A stretch of DNA of 64,000 nt, from the NCBI GenBank assembly GCA_964392465.1, contig CAYMPC010000002.1, positions 14,993 to 78,992 of the forward strand, in the 5' to 3' direction. Below the pieces are notes generated by a model. The model worked only from the letters and a program-made list of their open reading frames with translations, was not told the origin of the DNA and did not search any database. The translations under genes and the position numbers were made by a program. Source of the DNA: an uncultured Methanosarcinales archaeon (GTDB taxonomy: Archaea > Nanobdellota > Nanobdellia > Woesearchaeales > GW2011-AR15). Shown here in pieces: positions 58,363 through 64,000 of the stretch; within the stretch, counting starts at the first letter, position 1; every line of letters starts with the position of its first letter.

Positions 58363-58620
58363 ATGTTTCATATGGAGTTATTTACAGGATTAATTGATTC
58401 AAAGACTCTGAAAATAATAGGTTTGTTTATTAATAATCCTGATGAGTTCTATCATATAAATAAAGTTTCTGATGAGACAGATGTTCCTTTGGCAACAACG
58501 TTTAGAATAATTAATATTTTAACAAAAAATGAAATTTTGGAATATAAATTAATCTCTAAATTTAAGATTTACAGATTGGCAAAAAACACCAAGACAAATA
58601 AACTGAGGAAAATAATATGA
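58363..58620 (+). CDS. winged-helix DNA-binding protein (paralog of the 7541 N-domain)
   Basis: LKIIGLFINNPDEFYHINKVSDETDVPLATTFRIINILTKNEILEY. Confidence 0.5.
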   Translation: MFHMELFTGLIDSKTLKIIGLFINNPDEFYHINKVSDETDVPLATTFRIINILTKNEILEYKLISKFKIYRLAKNTKTNKLRKII

Positions 58621-59309
58621 GCAAAAAACTAGGATTAATTTTATCTGTATTAACAGTTCTTATTGTCTTTTCATATATTTATCTGGCTTTTGGCGATTTT
58701 TTCTTTCAAGAGGGTATTACTGGATTTCAAATAATGGGTTCAAGGTTGGTAATTATATCTAGAAATGAAAGCATATGTGACATGACACTAGAATCAGGAT
58801 GGAATCTGGTTTCTTTTCCATGTATATTTCATGATACAGATGTTGATTTGTTCTTGACAGGGCTAAATAACTCTTATCAATCTATAAGGTATTATACGCC
58901 TGTAGATGTTTCAGACCCTTGGAAAAGCTATAATCCTCATCTTCCTAATTGGACTATCCAAGAAATAAAGGAGGTATCTAGAAAAGAGGGTTATTGGATT
59001 TATGTAGATGAAATAACAGAGGTTTATATTAATAACAGTCTTGCATCTCCAACTTTGACATATTTATCTCCTGGTTGGAACTTAATAGGATATCCAAGCA
59101 AGGTAGAGAAAGGGATTAATGAAACATTTGATACATTGATTCCTAATTTTGATTATGTTTACTTATATAATGCATCTGATCCTTTAGATAAATGGAGAGA
59201 ATATACCTGGAATTCAAGCCTTCCAAGTGAGCAAGATCTTAATTATACAGTTTATTACTATGGATACTGGATATATATGATAAACCCAGACACTTTTGTT
59301 ATAAGTTAA
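58617..59309 (+). CDS. secreted protein with internal GWNL(V/I) repeats
   Basis: Signal-anchor; two repeats (ESGWNLVSFPC and SPGWNLIGYPS). Confidence 0.5.
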   Translation: MSKKLGLILSVLTVLIVFSYIYLAFGDFFFQEGITGFQIMGSRLVIISRNESICDMTLESGWNLVSFPCIFHDTDVDLFLTGLNNSYQSIRYYTPVDVSDPWKSYNPHLPNWTIQEIKEVSRKEGYWIYVDEITEVYINNSLASPTLTYLSPGWNLIGYPSKVEKGINETFDTLIPNFDYVYLYNASDPLDKWREYTWNSSLPSEQDLNYTVYYYGYWIYMINPDTFVIS

Positions 59310-59310
59310 A

Positions 59311-61206
59311 ATGAATAAAAAAAGCAGAAAAAATAAAAGAAATGTTTTATTTATGTTAATCTATATTTTTTTAATAATTTTACTTCCTTTTGTTACTTCT
59401 ATACCTCCAATACCTACAGAGTTTTATGGAACAGCAACAAGATATGATGTTAATAGTACTCCATTGCAAGCAGGAACAGTAATTAATATCTTTGCAGGTA
59501 ATGTTTCTTGTGGTTCTTTTATAATACAAAATGCAGGCTATTATGGGGTATTGACTTGTTTAGGAGATGATAACTACACTTCAATAGTAGAAGGCGCAGA
59601 ACAAGGTCAAAACATTGTTTTTTATCTTGAAAATGAAACAGCACAGACATTTGGAGATACTGTGTGGTATTATGGAGAATATCATATGGTTAATATTACT
59701 CCTATGCCAAGATGCGGAAACGGAATTTGTGAATTAACAGAATCATGCATTACTTGTGTTGAAGATTGTGGAAGATGTGCTACCAATGGAACAGGAACAG
59801 GAACAGGAACAGGAAGCGGAGGAGGAAATACAACAGGAGGAGGTTCATCCTCTGGAGGAGGAGATAGTAGCGGAGGAGGAGGGACAACAATTGGCTTAGG
59901 AGGAGGTAGCGGAGATCAAGATATTACAGCCTCGTTTTGCCAGGAAGATTGGATTTGTTCAGAATGGTATCCAGAGATATGTCCTGTTGAAGAAACACAG
60001 TGGAGAGATTGTAATGACAAAAATGATTGTGGAACAGACTATCTTAAACCAACCTTAAATCAGACATGTGTCTATCAGGGAACGTGCATTGATACTATAA
60101 AAAATCAGGATGAGACAGACAGGGATTGTGGAGGTTTAAAATGTAATCCTTGTGATTTGGGGAAAAAATGTCTTTTTGATTATGATTGTAAATCTGGATT
60201 TTGCGACCCATTGGAATATATTTGTAAAGAGCCAACATGTAATGACAATTTCAAAAACCAAGGCGAAGAAGGGATTGATTGCGGTGGTCCATGCCCTCCT
60301 TGTGAAAGACCTTCTATTGAAAAACCAGGTACAATAGCAAGATTTCTTGTTACAGGATGCGGTCCTTTTCCATGGTTATTTTTATTGGTTGCTACTCTTA
60401 TTGCTTTTTTGATTTATATTATTGGAAAGGCATATATCCAAAAAATAAAAAACAGCAAAGACTATAAGGAACTTAAAAAAATTGAACAATTAAGAAAAAT
60501 ATATGATCTAAATAGAGACTTACATGTTTTTCTTTTTATTACACTTTTACTTGAGATAGCAGTCTCACTTTTTTTATATTATTTATGTGAAATAGCAATC
60601 TGGATTTTTTTTATGGTTTTGATTATACTCCCTATAATCGGAGCAATTATAATAAAAGCCTATGTTTATGATGAAAAAAGAAAAAAAGAGACATTAAGGA
60701 AAACAATACTCAAACATGAAGATTTTCTCATGAAATTAATAAAAATAGAGAGAGAAGAAGTAAAAAAAGAGGAGAGAAAAGTGTTTGAAAAACTTACAAA
60801 TGAAATTGATTACTTTAAATTAGACAAAAAATTGGCTTTGCTTTTAAAAGATATAAGGTTCTCAATTGAAGAGATGATTAATTCAAAAGAAGAAGAACCT
60901 ATAGAAACTGAGAACAATCTGATAAATACTATAACAGAGATTGACACTTATAAAGGAATTTTAAATAATAATGAATTTTTGACTAATGTTTATTCAGATT
61001 TGAAATTCATTGAAAAGATTCATAGAGATATCTTGCTGCAATATAAAAAATTAAGAGAAGACAAAGAACTTGAAAAAGAGCTGAATGAGGAAGAAAAAGA
61101 AAAAATTAAAATAGAAACCAAAGCAGAGAATGAAAAAGAAGTAGATTATAAAAATAATAATTATAAAGAAAAGACAGAAAAGCCACCAGAACTTATGAAT
61201 AAATAA
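59311..61206 (+). CDS. type-I membrane protein with Gly/Ser/Thr linker, DCGG-type cysteine-rich repeats and cytoplasmic coiled coil (paralog of the 38740 protein)
   Basis: Signal peptide; TNGTGTGTGTGSGGGNTTGGGSSSGGG linker; NQDETDRDCGGLKCNPC and NQGEEGIDCGGPCPPCE repeats; TM; K/E-rich tail. Confidence 0.7.
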   Translation: MNKKSRKNKRNVLFMLIYIFLIILLPFVTSIPPIPTEFYGTATRYDVNSTPLQAGTVINIFAGNVSCGSFIIQNAGYYGVLTCLGDDNYTSIVEGAEQGQNIVFYLENETAQTFGDTVWYYGEYHMVNITPMPRCGNGICELTESCITCVEDCGRCATNGTGTGTGTGSGGGNTTGGGSSSGGGDSSGGGGTTIGLGGGSGDQDITASFCQEDWICSEWYPEICPVEETQWRDCNDKNDCGTDYLKPTLNQTCVYQGTCIDTIKNQDETDRDCGGLKCNPCDLGKKCLFDYDCKSGFCDPLEYICKEPTCNDNFKNQGEEGIDCGGPCPPCERPSIEKPGTIARFLVTGCGPFPWLFLLVATLIAFLIYIIGKAYIQKIKNSKDYKELKKIEQLRKIYDLNRDLHVFLFITLLLEIAVSLFLYYLCEIAIWIFFMVLIILPIIGAIIIKAYVYDEKRKKETLRKTILKHEDFLMKLIKIEREEVKKEERKVFEKLTNEIDYFKLDKKLALLLKDIRFSIEEMINSKEEEPIETENNLINTITEIDTYKGILNNNEFLTNVYSDLKFIEKIHRDILLQYKKLREDKELEKELNEEEKEKIKIETKAENEKEVDYKNNNYKEKTEKPPELMNK

Positions 61207-61506
61207 TTAAAGCAATACCAGAGAGGCGGTTGCGCCACAATAAAAATACATATTATTTATAGTGATATTGTTTAAATGCTTCTTTATTATATTTGCCTGC
61301 TTTCTTGCTTTTGTTATCCTGTAAGAACATTTTACTTCATAAAGATCATAACAGTTTCCTTTTTTTGCTAATATATCTATCTCTCCAAGAGATCTTTTTT
61401 TCTTAGTTATCTTAACATTGGTAGAAATCGATTCGTAATCATACTTAATTTTGTCACAAAGTTCGTGCAAGTATCTGTCGTGTTTATTTAACCTAACTCT
61501 CAACAC
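61207..61506 (-). CDS. small hypothetical protein, possible PD-(D/E)xK nuclease fold
   Basis: GEIDILAKKGNCYDLYEVKC fits a D...E.K pattern; 99 aa. Confidence 0.3.
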   Translation of the reverse strand: MLRVRLNKHDRYLHELCDKIKYDYESISTNVKITKKKRSLGEIDILAKKGNCYDLYEVKCSYRITKARKQANIIKKHLNNITINNMYFYCGATASLVLL

Positions 61507-61605
61507 CTCATCATGAATAATACCGCTTATATCTATTAGGTTACAATATATTTTTGTGTATACTATTATATAAATATTTTGAATTGTTTAGAAGTAGTAA
61601 AAAAT

Positions 61606-61860
61606 TTAATTTTTGTTTTCCCTTTCGATAAACTCTGTCCCGTTTTTAGTAAGAATGACAAGATAAGAAGGCTTTCCGTTTGCAGGATGCTCATCTATTT
61701 TTTTGATTTTCACATGCCCCCATTTTTCAAGCTCCTCACAAGAATTCTTGATTGTAATATAACATGTGTTCACTTTTCTTTCTAATTCAGCGTAACTTAA
61801 CGAGCCCTCTTTTATAAATAATAAAATGCTTTTCTTAATTTCATATGACTTTCTTTTCAC
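61606..61860 (-). CDS. small winged-helix regulator
   Basis: 84 aa; paralog of the 62140 protein (ILL..KE.SL.Y..L..K....Y.....C.EL). Confidence 0.55.
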   Translation of the reverse strand: MKRKSYEIKKSILLFIKEGSLSYAELERKVNTCYITIKNSCEELEKWGHVKIKKIDEHPANGKPSYLVILTKNGTEFIERENKN

Positions 61861-61951
61861 TTTGAGGGCATTAAAAAAGAATGCTTTTTAGAAGTAACTC
61901 ATAATATTATAGTAAGTTATAAATACTACTTATTATTAACCTATTAGTAAA

Positions 61952-62113
61952 ATGGCAAGAAAAAAAACAGGAAATAAATATGTCACAATTAAGTTGCCTG
62001 AAGGCACTGTAAAAAAGATTGATGAGATGATAAAAGAAAGCAAAGGGGATTATACTTCAAGGACAGATGTTATAAAAACTGCAGTAAGGGATATGTATTT
62101 TAAGAAAGAATAG
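61952..62113 (+). CDS. ribbon-helix-helix protein
   Basis: MARKKTGNKYVTIKLPEGTVKKIDEMIKESKGDYTSRTDVIKTAVRDMYFKKE; below the ORF-track cutoff. Confidence 0.5.
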   Translation: MARKKTGNKYVTIKLPEGTVKKIDEMIKESKGDYTSRTDVIKTAVRDMYFKKE

Positions 62114-62139
62114 TTACACTATCTAACCTCTTAACTTCT

Positions 62140-62394
62140 TTATTTTTTTCTATCTAAAGATTCAAAACCTTTTTTAGTCAATTTTACACTATAATAAGGC
62201 CGGCCATTTTTTGCATGCTTTTCTTGTTTTTTTATCTCAACTTGATCATATTCTGCTAATTCCTGGCAGTTTTTTCTTACAGAATCATAATTTGTGCTTA
62301 ATTTAGTCTGAATTTGGGTATATGTGAGAGAAGAATTTTCTTTTAGTAGCAATAAAATACCTTTTCTTACTTCATAAGGCGTTCTTTTAGACAT
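62140..62394 (-). CDS. small winged-helix regulator
   Basis: 84 aa; paralog of the 61606 protein. Confidence 0.55.
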   Translation of the reverse strand: MSKRTPYEVRKGILLLLKENSSLTYTQIQTKLSTNYDSVRKNCQELAEYDQVEIKKQEKHAKNGRPYYSVKLTKKGFESLDRKK

Positions 62395-62638
62395 ACTACA
62401 ACATGATAGGAAGCACTAAATAAAAGAATAATTCACAAAGTTGTAGGCACTTTTCCTGATTTATAGAGGAGATTGTTTATTTTAATAAATAATGCCGACA
62501 GATATGATAAAACTAATAAACATCTATTATTTAACAAAACTATAGAAAAATATATAAATAAGATGTATCATAAATATCATATAGTAGCCGTTTTAGTATA
62601 CTAGAATAAATTAAATGTAAAACAAAAATAGAGCACAG

Positions 62639-62797
62639 ATGACAAAAAAACGAGTAAACATTGCTTTGGATGAAGAATTACATACAAAAGCAAAGGTAAT
62701 TGCAGTTCTCAAAAATATCACTCTTAATGATTATATCGAAAAAGCTTTAGAGGAAGCAGTGAAAAAAGATAAGCCAACTTTGGATAAAATAAAATGA
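62639..62797 (+). CDS. ribbon-helix-helix protein
   Basis: MTKKRVNIALDEELHTKAKVIAVLKNITLNDYIEKALEEAVKK; its stop overlaps the start of the next gene (ATGA). Confidence 0.5.
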   Translation: MTKKRVNIALDEELHTKAKVIAVLKNITLNDYIEKALEEAVKKDKPTLDKIK

Positions 62798-64000
62798 GCA
62801 AAAACATATTTTTAACAATAGTACTACTTATTTTAATATTTCCCTTTGTTTATAGCTCAGGATCTATACAAACAGGCAGTTTAAATCCTCAATCAATTAA
62901 TCTCTGTGGTGAGAATGTACAATATGTTACCATTACAGCTAATAATATCTATAATAAAGAAAATATTGAATTAACTTCTGTATCTGCAAGATTATATCTT
63001 TCTGGAAATGCAGGGCTTAGTTATATAACCTCACAGCAAGTTAATTTAGGAGATATAGCACCTTTATCTTTATCTTCAATTTTACCTAGTTGGACCTTGC
63101 AGTGTAATTCTCCAATAAGTGGAACGTACTTAATTTATGTCAATTATTCTTCATCAAATGGATACACAGCATCTTCATATGGGGAGGCAGTTTCTACAAT
63201 AATTGTGCAAGATGCAATTGTATTTTCTGGAAATATTTCCTTACTTGAAACAAATAATTCACAGACAACACTTCAGAATGTCCAGCTTATCTCAGATAAC
63301 ACCCCTACAATCCAGGTAACAACTACAAGAAACTCAATATGCAAAGGCACTTTAGATTTAGATGAGTCTTATTCAGATATGGACTTTATATTCTATGGAT
63401 TAGAAAAAAATCACAATTACACTTTTGTAAACCAACTTACAGAAGGGCAGCATTCAGTATATGTCAGATGTAAAGATGAATTAGATAATATAATGCAAAC
63501 CCCCTTAGTAATAACTTTTCAGATAGATTCTGTTTCTCCTCAAATAGCTATAATTTCTCCTGGATCAAAAGTAAGTGGGGATTTTACTGATTTGATTATT
63601 AATGTTAATGAAGATTCTGAATGCAGATATTCTTATAAAGACATAGCCTTTGATTCCATGAACAACTTTGAAATAATTAATGGTACTTTGTTTAAAGAGC
63701 ATTTAGATGAGTTAGATGAAGAAACTTATGATTATTATATTAAATGTAAAGATAAAGTTGGGAATATTGCTTCTAAAAAAATAACATTTGATGTTGGAAT
63801 ACCTCCCACAGCAGAAATTATTTTGGAAAAATCTTCACCTTTGACAAAAGGAACATATGAGCTTACACTTATACCTTCAAAGAAATTAAAAAGTATACCT
63901 TCATTATCATATACCTTTACAGATGATAATTCTTTTTCAAGAGAAATTGGGCTTGTAAAAGAAAATAACAATTATAAAGGCTATTTAATAGTTGAAGAAA
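62794..64000 (+). CDS. secreted surface protein, N-terminal part (continues beyond the window)
   Basis: MSKNIFLTIVLLILIFPFVYS signal peptide, then a sequon-rich ectodomain. Open reading frame continues to the window end, so it is not in the ORF track. Confidence 0.55.
   Translation, partial: MSKNIFLTIVLLILIFPFVYSSGSIQTGSLNPQSINLCGENVQYVTITANNIYNKENIELTSVSARLYLSGNAGLSYITSQQVNLGDIAPLSLSSILPSWTLQCNSPISGTYLIYVNYSSSNGYTASSYGEAVSTIIVQDAIVFSGNISLLETNNSQTTLQNVQLISDNTPTIQVTTTRNSICKGTLDLDESYSDMDFIFYGLEKNHNYTFVNQLTEGQHSVYVRCKDELDNIMQTPLVITFQIDSVSPQIAIISPGSKVSGDFTDLIINVNEDSECRYSYKDIAFDSMNNFEIINGTLFKEHLDELDEETYDYYIKCKDKVGNIASKKITFDVGIPPTAEIILEKSSPLTKGTYELTLIPSKKLKSIPSLSYTFTDDNSFSREIGLVKENNNYKGYLIVEE

Overview
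AT-rich archaeal window (about 30% GC by eye), read from sequence and the ORF track only. Archaeal-type uS15, FtsZ, diphthine synthase and an archaeal-style tRNA-Gln, together with short genes and very large surface proteins, suggest a small-genome DPANN-like archaeon (inference). The first 13 kb is a housekeeping island of mostly minus-strand genes. From about 13.1 to 49.7 kb a unidirectional plus-strand block follows, about 34.5 kb of plus-strand genes from 13.1 to 47.6 kb with a trailing NDFA-domain gene at 48615-49646. It encodes ribbon-helix-helix regulators and three very large, sequon-dense surface proteins of 1031, 4314 and 2214 aa. The two largest are paralogs built from more than 20 Ig-like 'W-N-C' modules plus CARDB domains. 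The block also encodes a 1345-aa HerA/FtsK-type ATPase with two transmembrane helices and an extracellular domain of about 580 aa, ending in a C-terminal TPR. Also present are a KaiC-like RecA-fold ATPase, coiled-coil proteins, two paralogous type-I membrane proteins with tandem 'DCGGPC' cysteine-rich repeats, and a recurrent 'KNDFAxW' domain in three proteins. I propose this block as a candidate uncharacterised cell-surface adhesion and assembly system. A second cluster at 50.0-54.8 kb holds three paralogous secreted proteins with a conserved C-terminal 'YYFYLxL' strand, next to a Sec11/SipW-type signal peptidase. That arrangement resembles the bacterial SipW-TasA fibre module (inference). 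The end of the window carries alternating divergent winged-helix and ribbon-helix-helix genes ahead of another secreted protein. A 420-bp intergenic region at 8.1-8.5 kb contains paired structured repeats that may be small RNAs.
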